Source: Convolutriloba macropyga (lineage: Eukaryota). From it: a DNA stretch of 64,000 bases. Both the position numbers and the translations under genes were made by a program. Shown piece after piece: positions 38,355-51,304 of this stretch; positions within the stretch are counted from its first letter, which is position 1, and every line of letters begins with the position of its first letter. The notes under the pieces are model-generated. The model was not told the origin of the DNA. It saw only the letters and a list, made by a program, of their open reading frames with translations, and ran no database searches. Location of the stretch: contig NC_134476.1 of the NCBI RefSeq assembly GCF_964194025.1, positions 52,328,001 through 52,392,000 of the forward strand, in the 5' to 3' direction.

Positions 38355-38789
38355 TGTCGAGAAGGATGTTTGAGAATGCGAGTTGTCGAGTAATTTGTGG
38401 ATTCAATGTAGTCCTAACTGGGTTTGACCACACCAGTTGGTTATCTATTTCTGCTGTGTTAGGTGAAGCTGAGGATATGGATGATCTATCTAGTTCCTGA
38501 CTCATAGGAATAATCTATTCTTAGAGAATAAAACACTATAGTGCAGTAATACACAATTGGCCACGATGCGACTGTTTTCTATCGCTATAGTTTATCGTCT
38601 GCACTTTCTTAATGTGTGATTGACACATTTCTATGTTTAACGAACAGGTTGCTGCAAAAGAGCAACTAACACCAATTGGTATATATTTACAAAGACAGTA
38701 ATTAAATAACATATGCATAGAGTGTTTATAGGTAGATAGTTTAGTACTTGGTTACAAAGTTTCTAAATACTGTAAGCTCCAGTATCACA
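38355..38789 (-). repeat. Shared LTR 2 of array B (435 bp)
   Basis: TGTGA...CGACA, with PPT on one side and PBS on the other. Confidence 0.95.
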
Positions 38790-39880
38790 CTTCCCCTTCT
38801 CTAGAATGAAACAGTGTTTCACAATGTTTCATTCAGTGCCTCTATGTCAGCCGAGTTTATGTCGGATATTTCGCTTGTTGGGGATAATGGAGGTGTACAG
38901 TACTCTTGTGATGTCGTGCTGCTGGTGTACGACTTTTGCGATGTGGGTTCGGTTCTTTCTATTTGTTGTTCTTCCAGGCTTGTATCTTGTGTTTTATTGT
39001 TCTTTTCTGTTACCAATTGGTCTGTGTTGTTGTTATTGTTTCCGGATTGTGATCCCTTACCAGTTGGTTGTGGCAATTCTTCCCTCATGTCCTTGTTGAG
39101 TATCTCTGTGTTGACTGATTCTTGTGGTGCAGGAAGTATTGAGAGAATGTTCGCTTGCTCTCTTTCTAATCTATCTTGTTCTTGTTGTAGGATGGTTGCA
39201 ATTTTGTGTTGTTCTTGAACTTTGTTCTCGGCGTCTAGAAATGTGACTTGTGGGTTGTTGAATTTTGCTGTGTTGTCATTTAGTCTTTGTATTTTTTCAA
39301 CTGTTTTATCGATTTTTGGAGTTGATTTAGTTGATTTAAAGTCAGGGCTATTGGTTACTTCGTTGTTAGCGTTGTTTCGATCGGATTGTACTGGTGGGCT
39401 GTCCGGTGATGTGATCATAAAGTCTCTCGGGTCGCTTGATGCAAATATAGTTTGTGGTGATTCGTTTTCTACGAATTGGTAAATAATTGTGTTTGGTGAT
39501 TGTTGTAGTGCATTCGTGTCTACTTGTATGAATGATCTGTTTTGTTCGTGTTCTTGTGTGCTCTGTAATGCCCTCATTTTCGAACGTTGCTCGAATGTTT
39601 CTCCTGGGTTGGCTTTTGGAGTTCGCGGTCGTTTTTTGGAATCAATCTGTTTTGTCCGATTCTGTTTCTTGGGTGTTGTCGGGCTTTTAGTCTTTTGTTG
39701 TTGTTTACGCTGATTTTGGGTTGCTACGTGTCGAACTTTAGCTGGGCTCCAGTTGGTTGACTGCGCTCTTTGACATGTGTTCCTGGAGTTCGTTTGTTGA
39801 GTTTAGCGTCCGCCAATTGGTTGAGTCGCCTTTGTTACCTTCTGTTGCTTTGCTTCTTCTAAACAAAACTTTTTAATTTT

Positions 39881-41563
39881 TTATTGATTTCTTTTATATT
39901 CACCAACTGTTTTACATGCTACCATGTGTATTAGTCTTGGTTTTTGTTGTTCCTCTGTTGATTCTGTGATAGATTTTTGTTCGTTTACTATAGCAAGTTG
40001 ATTTTTCCTTATTACTGTGTTTTTTCTAAGTGGTTTGTCTATGGTTATGGTGTGTGGTGAATAATTAGTGATGGTGCCGTCTTTTATTTTGTTCCATTGT
40101 GGTGCGAGTGTATTTCGAGGTTCATTTGTTTTTCTTGCAAGTGATTTTCGTGCGACGTTCCTTCGTGTTTTTATGTATTTTGTAGTTTTATTACCAATTG
40201 TGAAGTGAATTTCAGATGGATATATCTTACGTGGGGACTTTGTTGTTCTGGAAGTTGTGGCTAGCGGTACATTTTCTGAGTCGTCGCTTGAGATTACTTC
40301 TAACGGTTGGTGACTGCCAGTTGGTGTTAAGTTTGTAGGTGTCGACGGTTGATTGTCTTCGTTATCATTGTCGCTTCGGTATCTGATGTCAAGTTCTTGT
40401 TCCGATTCACCATCTCGTCTCCAGATCTCCTCCATCGTGAGGGCGTTCTGCTTGAGCACTTTCTTGTCTAAACAGTAGTTTGTTAGATTTTTGTATGTGA
40501 GGTTTTTGTGTGATGCTTTTGTTGTGATGTTCGATAATTCAGTGTTTGGTTTTCTTCCGAAGTGTGCTTCAAAAGGTGATAATTTTGTTGTAGTGTTGGG
40601 TATTAATCTGATGTTTTCTATGATGTTCGCTAGCCTATTGGTTAGTGTTGTGTTAGACCAGTTTGGGTCTATATCTAATACCGCTAATCTTCTTTTTATT
40701 GTTTGGATTAGTCCTTCTACCATGCCTGTACCTCTATGATCACCAGCTGGTGCTAGTATTAGTTTTATGTTTTTATTTTTGCAAAATATGTCGAATTCTT
40801 TTGCTTTAAATGCTTGTGCTTGGTCGCATCTAATTGAGCGTGGAATTCCGTGCACTTTACAGTAGCTTTCGAGATATTCTATGGCTGAGTTTGTGTCACA
40901 GTTGTTGAATATTTCTGCATATGGGTATCTCGATAGTCTATCTACTGTTACTAAGATATAATTATTTTGTGTGTTATTCATAAACGGGATTGGGCCTGCG
41001 AAGTCCATTTGTATTTCTTTGTTGGGTTCTACCAGTGTTGGTAGTGAGCCTAAATTGGTTCTTGCAATTTTTGGTTTTAAATTTTTACCTTTTACAATGC
41101 AATGTTTGCAGCTCTGCGCCTGTGCGACGATCTCACTATGTATGTGTGGATACCATATTAGTTTCGCGAGGGCCAACATGCCCGCTTGACCCGGATGTTT
41201 ACTGTGAACTGTTTGGAGAACCATCGGTCTTAATTTAGCTGGAATAACTAGGCGGTTGTCGTATAAAAGGCAACCTGATGGTGTAACTGAGAGGTCGCGG
41301 TGAATTTTGTAAAATATAGAATTTGTTTTCTTTAGCGAAAGCCAATCTTGTTTTTCTACGAGGTCGATAATAGGGCCTAGGTCCTTTTTTGAATTTTCTG
41401 CTATGAATTCCTCGTTAAAGACTTTCATAAGATTCATTCTGTAATCGGGTGTTGGTGTGTCGTCTATGGCTTTAAATAGTTCTTCGTGTTTGTCAGGAAT
41501 AAGGGAGGAAAGGCCTTTGCCTTTATTGGATTCGATATCAGTTTGTGTGCTATTGTCGCGCAA
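39881..41563 (-). CDS. Uninterrupted integrase frame, B unit 2
   Basis: As unit 1, with one amino-acid difference (K/N in EPRKTL vs EPRNTL). Confidence 0.7.
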   Translation of the reverse strand: MRDNSTQTDIESNKGKGLSSLIPDKHEELFKAIDDTPTPDYRMNLMKVFNEEFIAENSKKDLGPIIDLVEKQDWLSLKKTNSIFYKIHRDLSVTPSGCLLYDNRLVIPAKLRPMVLQTVHSKHPGQAGMLALAKLIWYPHIHSEIVAQAQSCKHCIVKGKNLKPKIARTNLGSLPTLVEPNKEIQMDFAGPIPFMNNTQNNYILVTVDRLSRYPYAEIFNNCDTNSAIEYLESYCKVHGIPRSIRCDQAQAFKAKEFDIFCKNKNIKLILAPAGDHRGTGMVEGLIQTIKRRLAVLDIDPNWSNTTLTNRLANIIENIRLIPNTTTKLSPFEAHFGRKPNTELSNITTKASHKNLTYKNLTNYCLDKKVLKQNALTMEEIWRRDGESEQELDIRYRSDNDNEDNQPSTPTNLTPTGSHQPLEVISSDDSENVPLATTSRTTKSPRKIYPSEIHFTIGNKTTKYIKTRRNVARKSLARKTNEPRNTLAPQWNKIKDGTITNYSPHTITIDKPLRKNTVIRKNQLAIVNEQKSITESTEEQQKPRLIHMVACKTVGEYKRNQ

Positions 41564-44033
41564 ATTTTTGTTTGGGGCTTGGATCTACATTGGAGAATTC
41601 TTTTTGTTTGGGCCACGGAAGCGTTTATTGATTGGAATTTCAAATGTGTTTAATTTTGGACGAGCGCGGGTTGTAATTGCGCTTAATTTTTGGTTTGATT
41701 CTTGTTAACAAAGAGTGAGACAGAAGCGACTTACTTTTAGATTTACTATGGCAAAAAGCGCTCTCTTTTGTGTGTGTGTTTTCTTTAGCGTGCGTGACGT
41801 CATTTCGTTCATTTTGAGTTAAGCTCTCTGATTGGTTTGAATTACCAGTTGGTTTATTTGAACCAAATGAATTTATGCTTTGTTTTAAAATCGCGTGCTT
41901 CATTTCCTCTATTAAGTTAATTACGAACTTTTCGTCGTCCTCGTTTATTGGCGATGGTGCGCCTGATGGGTTTCTACTTAGGTAATCCGCGAACCCCGTG
42001 TTTTTTCCCGTATATGTTCTATTATTAAATTAAACGGGAGTAGTCTATCTACCCATCTTGATAATCTGCTTTGGTATGTTTTGTTTCCTCCATTGTTTTT
42101 AAGTGCTGACAATAAGGCTTGGTGATCCGTTTGGAGAATGAATTTATTGCCATATAGGTAATATTTGAAATGTTCTAATGCCCAAACTATGGCTAATAGT
42201 TCTAGTTCATTTGTGCTGTATCTTTCTCCTAATCTGTTCAGGAACCTACTGGCGTAAGCAACTGGTTTCCAGATTTGACCGTGTTTTTGTTCCAGGCATG
42301 CGCCTAGGCCTTTTTTGCTTGCGTCGCTTTTTATTCTTGTATCTTTGGTTATGTCAAAGTGTTTATTTTCTGTAATGTTTATTATTTGTTTTTTAATGTT
42401 CTCGAATGCTTCTGTGTGTTCCTCTTTCCAGTCTAGTTTGTTTTGTGCTTTTGTATTGTTTTTTGATAAGAGTGGTCTTAATGGTTCAGATAATTCGGCT
42501 AGTCTTGGTGTAAATTTTATTAGGTGATGTACGCATCCCATGAATGATCTGAGTTGTTTTAGTGTTTTGGGTGTTTCCAGTTTATTGATTGATTCGCACT
42601 TCTTTTTTGTAGGTGTTATACCAGTTGGTGTTATTTCTTAACCTAGCCAAGTTATTTGTTTCTGATCAAATTCACATTTTTGTAATTTTATTGCTAAGTT
42701 TTCTTTGTCCAATCGGTGTAATATTCTGTCAATCCACTTCCGTATTTTTTCCGTTTGTTTTGACCCAACATTAACCTCCAGTTGTTTTATTAACAGATAT
42801 GGTGTTTATTTTCTTCACTTCCACAGATCTTATTGTATTAACTGACGACCAGTCTTCCATTAGTTCCTTTATGTATAGAGCTGCTTCTGCATCGACTGTT
42901 TCTTCTTCTGTTTCTTGTTCCTCCTCGCAGATGTCCTGTTCTTTCACATGTCTCACTCTTCTCGTTTGTGGTTTTGTTTGTTGTTGTTGTGTGTTTTTCC
43001 TGAAGTCCTGTCTAAACGTTGTTTTTCTTCGTTCTGGCATTGGGGCTTTGCACATTGATGTAAAGTGACCGATCTTTTTGCAAATTTTGCAAGTGAAATT
43101 TCGGGCTTTGCACACGTTTAAGTGATTTTTTTAAAAACGGGTGACCGCATTTGTAGCAGGGTTCTATTTTACCAGTTGTTGGAGTTGGTAATATTGGTTG
43201 TTGTAGTGGGCGTTGAGTGAAAGGTGTTCTTGGTTTATTTCTGATACTTGTGACCAGTTGGTGCTGCTAGAGTGTGCTCTCAAAATTTCCTGTTGGTTTG
43301 CTTGGCCTCTTTCTCTGTTAATTGCGAAATTAAGTACTTGTTGTGGTGTTCTTACTTCTGATAACAGGTCCATTTGAATTGATGTGTTGGTCATGTTTGA
43401 AATGAAAAGGTCCTTTACCAAATCTTCCTCTAAGTCTTTGAATTTGCATAGTGCTCCTACTTCTCTTATTCTGCTGTAAAATGTCTCAAGTGATTCGTGT
43501 GATTGTTGCATGGATTTGAAGAATTTAAATCTGTCAAATGTGGTGTTTCGTGGGATAGTGAATGTGATGTTGAGTTCGTGTGCGAGTTCATTTGTGGTGC
43601 ATTTTTCTATTTGTGTGTGTGGATTTTTCTGATGATATGTTCTTCTTGCTTCCGCTCCAAGTGATCAGTATATAAGGCTTTTGTACTTTCGTGTCTGCTT
43701 CATCCCACGGTATTCTGTCGACCATTGCTCCTTTTCGCTCTATTATCTTGCACTCATTTTCAAAATCTACTCTCCTTCTTTCGTTCCTCTGTTCTCTATT
43801 TCTTGCCTCGTCTTCTGTCTCTCCTTCGAATTCTTCTTCGTATGTTGGTAGTGTAGGGTAGAATAAGTCTGTGGGTTGTGGTTTCAATTTGAGTAACTTA
43901 TCTACTTCACTACTGTCGCGTGCCATTATCTTCAATTTTAGTGTTGAGAACCATTGTCTCCATTCTATGGGTGGTGTTGTGCCGGATTCCCAGAATGGGT
44001 TTACTCCTAATGGAGTTTTGGCTGACTGCGCCA

Positions 44034-44468
44034 TGTCGAGAAGGATGTTTGAGAATGCGAGTTGTCGAGTAATTTGTGGATTCAATGTAGTCCTAACTGG
44101 GTTTGACCACACCAGTTGGTTATCTATTTCTGCTGTGTTAGGTGAAGCTGAGGATATGGATGATCTATCTAGTTCCTGACTCATAGGAATAATCTATTCT
44201 TAGAGAATAAAACACTATAGTGCAGTAATACACAATTGGCCACGATGCGACTGTTTTCTATCGCTATAGTTTATCGTCTGCACTTTCTTAATGTGTGATT
44301 GACACATTTCTATGTTTAACGAACAGGTTGCTGCAAAAGAGCAACTAACACCAATTGGTATATATTTACAAAGACAGTAATTAAATAACATATGCATAGA
44401 GTGTTTATAGGTAGATAGTTTAGTACTTGGTTACAAAGTTTCTAAATACTGTAAGCTCCAGTATCACA
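44034..44468 (-). repeat. Shared LTR 3 of array B
   Basis: Same sequence as LTR 2, offset 5,679 bp. Confidence 0.95.
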
Positions 44469-45559
44469 CTTCCCCTTCTCTAGAATGAAACAGTGTTTCA
44501 CAATGTTTCATTCAGTGCCTCTATGTCAGCCGAGTTTATGTCGGATATTTCGCTTGTTGGGGATAATGGAGGTGTACAGTACTCTTGTGATGTCGTGCTG
44601 CTGGTGTACGACTTTTGCGATGTGGGTTCGGTTCTTTCTATTTGTTGTTCTTCCAGGCTTGTATCTTGTGTTTTATTGTTCTTTTCTGTTACCAATTGGT
44701 CTGTGTTGTTGTTATTGTTTCCGGATTGTGATCCCTTACCAGTTGGTTGTGGCAATTCTTCCCTCATGTCCTTGTTGAGTATCTCTGTGTTGACTGATTC
44801 TTGTGGTGCAGGAAGTATTGAGAGAATGTTCGCTTGCTCTCTTTCTAATCTATCTTGTTCTTGTTGTAGGATGGTTGCAATTTTGTGTTGTTCTTGAACT
44901 TTGTTCTCGGCGTCTAGAAATGTGACTTGTGGGTTGTTGAATTTTGCTGTGTTGTCATTTAGTCTTTGTATTTTTTCAACTGTTTTATCGATTTTTGGAG
45001 TTGATTTAGTTGATTTAAAGTCAGGGCTATTGGTTACTTCGTTGTTAGCGTTGTTTCGATCGGATTGTACTGGTGGGCTGTCCGGTGATGTGATCATAAA
45101 GTCTCTCGGGCCGCTTGATGCAAATATAGTTTGTGGTGATTCGTTTTCTACGAATTGGTAAATAATTGTGTTTGGTGATTGTTGTAGTGCATTCGTGTCT
45201 ACTTGTATGAATGATCTGTTTTGTTCGTGTTCTTGTGTGCTCTGTAATGCCCTCATTTTCGAACGTTGCTCGAATGTTTCTCCTGGGTTGGCTTTTGGAG
45301 TTCGCGGTCGTTTTTTGGAATCAATCTGTTTTGTCCGATTCTGTTTCTTGGGTGTTGTCGGGCTTTTAGTCTTTTGTTGTTGTTTACGCTGATTTTGGGT
45401 TGCTACGTGTCGAACTTTAGCTGGGCTCCAGTTGGTTGACTGCGCTCTTTGACATGTGTTCCTGGAGTTCGTTTGTTGAGTTTAGCGTCCGCCAATTGGT
45501 TGAGTCGCCTTTGTTACCTTCTGTTGCTTTGCTTCTTCTAAACAAAACTTTTTAATTTT

Positions 45560-47242
45560 TTATTGATTTCTTTTATATTCACCAACTGTTTTACATGCTA
45601 CCATGTGTATTAGTCTTGGTTTTTGTTGTTCCTCTGTTGATTCTGTGATAGATTTTTGTTCGTTTACTATAGCAAGTTGATTTTTCCTTATTACTGTGTT
45701 TTTTCTAAGTGGTTTGTCTATGGTTATGGTGTGTGGTGAATAATTAGTGATGGTGCCGTCTTTTATTTTGTTCCATTGTGGTGCGAGTGTATTTCGAGGT
45801 TCATTTGTTTTTCTTGCAAGTGATTTTCGTGCGACGTTCCTTCGTGTTTTTATGTATTTTGTAGTTTTATTACCAATTGTGAAGTGAATTTCAGATGGAT
45901 ATATCTTACGTGGGGACTTTGTTGTTCTGGAAGTTGTGGCTAGCGGTACATTTTCTGAGTCGTCGCTTGAGATTACTTCTAACGGTTGGTGACTGCCAGT
46001 TGGTGTTAAGTTTGTAGGTGTCGACGGTTGATTGTCTTCGTTATCATTGTCGCTTCGGTATCTGATGTCAAGTTCTTGTTCCGATTCACCATCTCGTCTC
46101 CAGATCTCCTCCATCGTGAGGGCGTTCTGCTTGAGCACTTTCTTGTCTAAACAGTAGTTTGTTAGATTTTTGTATGTGAGGTTTTTGTGTGATGCTTTTG
46201 TTGTGATGTTCGATAATTCAGTGTTTGGTTTTCTTCCGAAGTGTGCTTCAAAAGGTGATAATTTTGTTGTAGTGTTGGGTATTAATCTGATGTTTTCTAT
46301 GATGTTCGCTAGCCTATTGGTTAGTGTTGTGTTAGACCAGTTTGGGTCTATATCTAATACCGCTAATCTTCTTTTTATTGTTTGGATTAGTCCTTCTACC
46401 ATGCCTGTACCTCTATGATCACCAGCTGGTGCTAGTATTAGTTTTATGTTTTTATTTTTGCAAAATATGTCGAATTCTTTTGCTTTAAATGCTTGTGCTT
46501 GGTCGCATCTAATTGAGCGTGGAATTCCGTGCACTTTACAGTAGCTTTCGAGATATTCTATGGCTGAGTTTGTGTCACAGTTGTTGAATATTTCTGCATA
46601 TGGGTATCTCGATAGTCTATCTACTGTTACTAAGATATAATTATTTTGTGTGTTATTCTTAAACGGGATTGGGCCTGCGAAGTCCATTTGTATTTCTTTG
46701 TTGGGTTCTACCAGTGTTGGTAGTGAGCCTAAATTGGTTCTTGCAATTTTTGGTTTTAAATTTTTACCTTTTACAATGCAATGTTTGCAGCTCTGCGCCT
46801 GTGCGACGATCTCACTATGTATGTGTGGATACCATATTAGTTTCGCGAGGGCCAACATGCCCGCTTGACCCGGATGTTTACTGTGAACTGTTTGGAGAAC
46901 CATCGGTCTTAATTTAGCTGGAATAACTAGGCGGTTGTCGTATAAAAGGCAACCTGATGGTGTAACTGAGAGGTCGCGGTGAATTTTGTAAAATATAGAA
47001 TTTGTTTTCTTTAGCGAAAGCCAATCTTGTTTTTCTACGAGGTCGATAATAGGGCCTAGGTCCTTTTTTGAATTTTCTGCTATGAATTCCTCGTTAAAGA
47101 CTTTCATAAGATTCATTCTGTAATCGGGTGTTGGTGTGTCGTCTATGGCTTTAAATAGTTCTTCGTGTTTGTCAGGAATAAGGGAGGAAAGGCCTTTGCC
47201 TTTATTGGATTCGATATCAGTTTGTGTGCTATTGTCGCGCAA
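45560..47242 (-). CDS. Uninterrupted integrase frame, B unit 3
   Basis: As unit 2, with PFKNN instead of PFMNN. Confidence 0.7.
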   Translation of the reverse strand: MRDNSTQTDIESNKGKGLSSLIPDKHEELFKAIDDTPTPDYRMNLMKVFNEEFIAENSKKDLGPIIDLVEKQDWLSLKKTNSIFYKIHRDLSVTPSGCLLYDNRLVIPAKLRPMVLQTVHSKHPGQAGMLALAKLIWYPHIHSEIVAQAQSCKHCIVKGKNLKPKIARTNLGSLPTLVEPNKEIQMDFAGPIPFKNNTQNNYILVTVDRLSRYPYAEIFNNCDTNSAIEYLESYCKVHGIPRSIRCDQAQAFKAKEFDIFCKNKNIKLILAPAGDHRGTGMVEGLIQTIKRRLAVLDIDPNWSNTTLTNRLANIIENIRLIPNTTTKLSPFEAHFGRKPNTELSNITTKASHKNLTYKNLTNYCLDKKVLKQNALTMEEIWRRDGESEQELDIRYRSDNDNEDNQPSTPTNLTPTGSHQPLEVISSDDSENVPLATTSRTTKSPRKIYPSEIHFTIGNKTTKYIKTRRNVARKSLARKTNEPRNTLAPQWNKIKDGTITNYSPHTITIDKPLRKNTVIRKNQLAIVNEQKSITESTEEQQKPRLIHMVACKTVGEYKRNQ

Positions 47243-49712
47243 ATTTTTGTTTGGGGCTTGGATCTACATTGGAGAATTCTTTTTGTTTGGGCCACGGAAG
47301 CGTTTATTGATTGGAATTTCAAATGTGTTTAATTTTGGACGAGCGCGGGTTGTAATTGCGCTTAATTTTTGGTTTGATTCTTGTTAACAAAGAGTGAGAC
47401 AGAAGCGACTTACTTTTAGATTTACTATGGCAAAAAGCGCTCTCTTTTGTGTGTGTGTTTTCTTTAGCGTGCGTGACGTCATTTCGTTCATTTTGAGTTA
47501 AGCTCTCTGATTGGTTTGAATTACCAGTTGGTTTATTTGAACCAAATGAATTTATGCTTTGTTTTAAAATCGCGTGCTTCATTTCCTCTATTAAGTTAAT
47601 TACGAACTTTTCGTCGTCCTCGTTTATTGGCGATGGTGCGCCTGATGGGTTTCTACTTAGGTAATCCGCGAACCCCGTGTTTTTTCCCGTATATGTTCTA
47701 TTATTAAATTAAACGGGAGTAGTCTATCTACCCATCTTGATAATCTGCTTTGGTATGTTTTGTTTCCTCCATTGTTTTTAAGTGCTGACAATAAGGCTTG
47801 GTGATCCGTTTGGAGAATGAATTTATTGCCATATAGGTAATATTTGAAATGTTCTAATGCCCAAACTATGGCTAATAGTTCTAGTTCATTTGTGCTGTAT
47901 CTTTCTCCTAATCTGTTCAGGAACCTACTGGCGTAAGCAACTGGTTTCCAGATTTGACCGTGTTTTTGTTCCAGGCATGCGCCTAGGCCTTTTTTGCTTG
48001 CGTCGCTTTTTATTCTTGTATCTTTGGTTATGTCAAAGTGTTTATTTTCTGTAATGTTTATTATTTGTTTTTTAATGTTCTCGAATGCTTCTGTGTGTTC
48101 CTCTTTCCAGTCTAGTTTGTTTTGTGCTTTTGTATTGTTTTTTGATAAGAGTGGTCTTAATGGTTCAGATAATTCGGCTAGTCTTGGTGTAAATTTTATT
48201 AGGTGATGTACGCATCCCATGAATGATCTGAGTTGTTTTAGTGTTTTGGGTGTTTCCAGTTTATTGATTGATTCGCACTTCTTTTTTGTAGGTGTTATAC
48301 CAGTTGGTGTTATTTCTTAACCTAGCCAAGTTATTTGTTTCTGATCAAATTCACATTTTTGTAATTTTATTGCTAAGTTTTCTTTGTCCAATCGGTGTAA
48401 TATTCTGTCAATCCACTTCCGTATTTTTTCCGTTTGTTTTGACCCAACATTAACCTCCAGTTGTTTTATTAACAGATATGGTGTTTATTTTCTTCACTTC
48501 CACAGATCTTATTGTATTAACTGACGACCAGTCTTCCATTAGTTCCTTTATGTATAGAGCTGCTTCTGCATCGACTGTTTCTTCTTCTGTTTCTTGTTCC
48601 TCCTCGCAGATGTCCTGTTCTTTCACATGTCTCACTCTTCTCGTTTGTGGTTTTGTTTGTTGTTGTTGTGTGTTTTTCCTGAAGTCCTGTCTAAACGTTG
48701 TTTTTCTTCGTTCTGGCATTGGGGCTTTGCACATTGATGTAAAGTGACCGATCTTTTTGCAAATTTTGCAAGTGAAATTTCGGGCTTTGCACACGTTTAA
48801 GTGATTTTTTTAAAAACGGGTGACCGCATTTGTAGCAGGGTTCTATTTTACCAGTTGTTGGAGTTGGTAATATTGGTTGTTGTAGTGGGCGTTGAGTGAA
48901 AGGTGTTCTTGGTTTATTTCTGATACTTGTGACCAGTTGGTGCTGCTAGAGTGTGCTCTCAAAATTTCCTGTTGGTTTGCTTGGCCTCTTTCTCTGTTAA
49001 TTGCGAAATTAAGTACTTGTTGTGGTGTTCTTACTTCTGATAACAGGTCCATTTGAATTGATGTGTTGGTCATGTTTGAAATGAAAAGGTCCTTTACCAA
49101 ATCTTCCTCTAAGTCTTTGAATTTGCATAGTGCTCCTACTTCTCTTATTCTGCTGTAAAATGTCTCAAGTGATTCGTGTGATTGTTGCATGGATTTGAAG
49201 AATTTAAATCTGTCAAATGTGGTGTTTCGTGGGATAGTGAATGTGATGTTGAGTTCGTGTGCGAGTTCATTTGTGGTGCATTTTTCTATTTGTGTGTGTG
49301 GATTTTTCTGATGATATGTTCTTCTTGCTTCCGCTCCAAGTGATCAGTATATAAGGCTTTTGTACTTTCGTGTCTGCTTCATCCCACGGTATTCTGTCGA
49401 CCATTGCTCCTTTTCGCTCTATTATCTTGCACTCATTTTCAAAATCTACTCTCCTTCTTTCGTTCCTCTGTTCTCTATTTCTTGCCTCGTCTTCTGTCTC
49501 TCCTTCGAATTCTTCTTCGTATGTTGGTAGTGTAGGGTAGAATAAGTCTGTGGGTTGTGGTTTCAATTTGAGTAACTTATCTACTTCACTACTGTCGCGT
49601 GCCATTATCTTCAATTTTAGTGTTGAGAACCATTGTCTCCATTCTATGGGTGGTGTTGTGCCGGATTCCCAGAATGGGTTTACTCCTAATGGAGTTTTGG
49701 CTGACTGCGCCA

Positions 49713-50147
49713 TGTCGAGAAGGATGTTTGAGAATGCGAGTTGTCGAGTAATTTGTGGATTCAATGTAGTCCTAACTGGGTTTGACCACACCAGTTGGTT
49801 ATCTATTTCTGCTGTGTTAGGTGAAGCTGAGGATATGGATGATCTATCTAGTTCCTGACTCATAGGAATAATCTATTCTTAGAGAATAAAACACTATAGT
49901 GCAGTAATACACAATTGGCCACGATGCGACTGTTTTCTATCGCTATAGTTTATCGTCTGCACTTTCTTAATGTGTGATTGACACATTTCTATGTTTAACG
50001 AACAGGTTGCTGCAAAAGAGCAACTAACACCAATTGGTATATATTTACAAAGACAGTAATTAAATAACATATGCATAGAGTGTTTATAGGTAGATAGTTT
50101 AGTACTTGGTTACAAAGTTTCTAAATACTGTAAGCTCCAGTATCACA
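49713..50147 (-). repeat. Shared LTR 4 of array B
   Basis: Same sequence as LTR 2/3; adjoined by only about 760 bp of a fourth internal region (50148-50907). Confidence 0.95.
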
Positions 50148-50907
50148 CTTCCCCTTCTCTAGAATGAAACAGTGTTTCACAATGTTTCATTCAGTGCCTC
50201 TATGTCAGCCGAGTTTATGTCGGATATTTCGCTTGTTGGGGATAATGGAGGTGTACAGTACTCTTGTGATGTCGTGCTGCTGGTGTACGACTTTTGCGAT
50301 GTGGGTTCGGTTCTTTCTATTTGTTGTTCTTCCAGGCTTGTATCTTGTGTTTTATTGTTCTTTTCTGTTACCAATTGGTCTGTGTTGTTGTTATTGTTTC
50401 CGGATTGTGATCCCTTACCAGTTGGTTGTGGCAATTCTTCCCTCATGTCCTTGTTGAGTATCTCTGTGTTGACTGATTCTTGTGGTGCAGGAAGTATTGA
50501 GAGAATGTTCGCTTGCTCTCTTTCTAATCTATCTTGTTCTTGTTGTAGGATGGTTGCAATTTTGTGTTGTTCTTGAACTTTGTTCTCGGCGTCTAGAAAT
50601 GTGACTTGTGGGTTGTTGAATTTTGCTGTGTTGTCATTTAGTCTTTGTATTTTTTCAACTGTTTTATCGATTTTTGGAGTTGATTTAGTTGATTTAAAGT
50701 CAGGGCTATTGGTTACTTCGTTGTTAGCGTTGTTTCGATCGGATTGTACTGGTGGGCTGTCCGGTGATGTGATCATAAAGTCTCTCGGGTCGCTTGATGC
50801 AAATATAGTTTGTGGTGATTCGTTTTCTACGAATTGGTAAATAATTGTGTTTGGTGATTGTTGTAGTGCATTCGTGTCTACTTGTATGAATGATCTGTTT
50901 CGTTCGT

Positions 50908-51304
50908 ATTATTATTATTAAAATTATTACTGTTGTTATGTTTATGATTTTTAGTATTATTAATATTATTACTATTATAACCATTATTATTATTATTTAT
51001 ATTATTATTATTAATATTACTATTCTTATTAATATTATTATTCATATTATTATCATTATTATTATAAATATTATTATCATTATTTTTAAATTTATTGTTT
51101 TTATNNNNNNNNNNNNNNNNNNNNNNNNNNNNNNNNNNNNNNNNNNNNNNNNNNNNNNNNNNNNNNNNNNNNNNNNNNNNNNNNNNNNNNNNNNNNNNNN
51201 NNNNNNNNNNNNNNNNNNNNNNNNNNNNNNNNNNNNNNNNNNNNNNNNNNNNNNNNNNNNNNNNNNNNNNNNNNNNNNNNNNNNNNNNNNNNNNNNNNNN
51301 NNNN
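50908..51304. repeat. Degenerate (ATT)n tract plus 200 N
   Basis: ATT repeats begin abruptly where B unit 4 is truncated. Confidence 0.85.

Larger units (their letters stand above)
32694..50907 (-). mobile_element. Tandem array of Gypsy element B: three complete internal regions and one partial, separated by single shared LTRs (period 5,679 bp)
   Basis: ORFs recur exactly every 5,679 bp (e.g. 34202/39881/45560). LTRs lie at about 32676-33110, 38355-38789, 44034-44468 and 49713-50147. PBS TGGCGCAGTCAGCC follows LTR2-4 and PPT AGAGAAGGGGAAG precedes each LTR. Homologous to element A. Confidence 0.95.

Noticed and set aside
30012-50840. Numerous antisense ORFs rich in C/V/L/F over the Gypsy elements
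   Set aside because: By-products of the strong A/C-rich sense-strand bias; no domain features.
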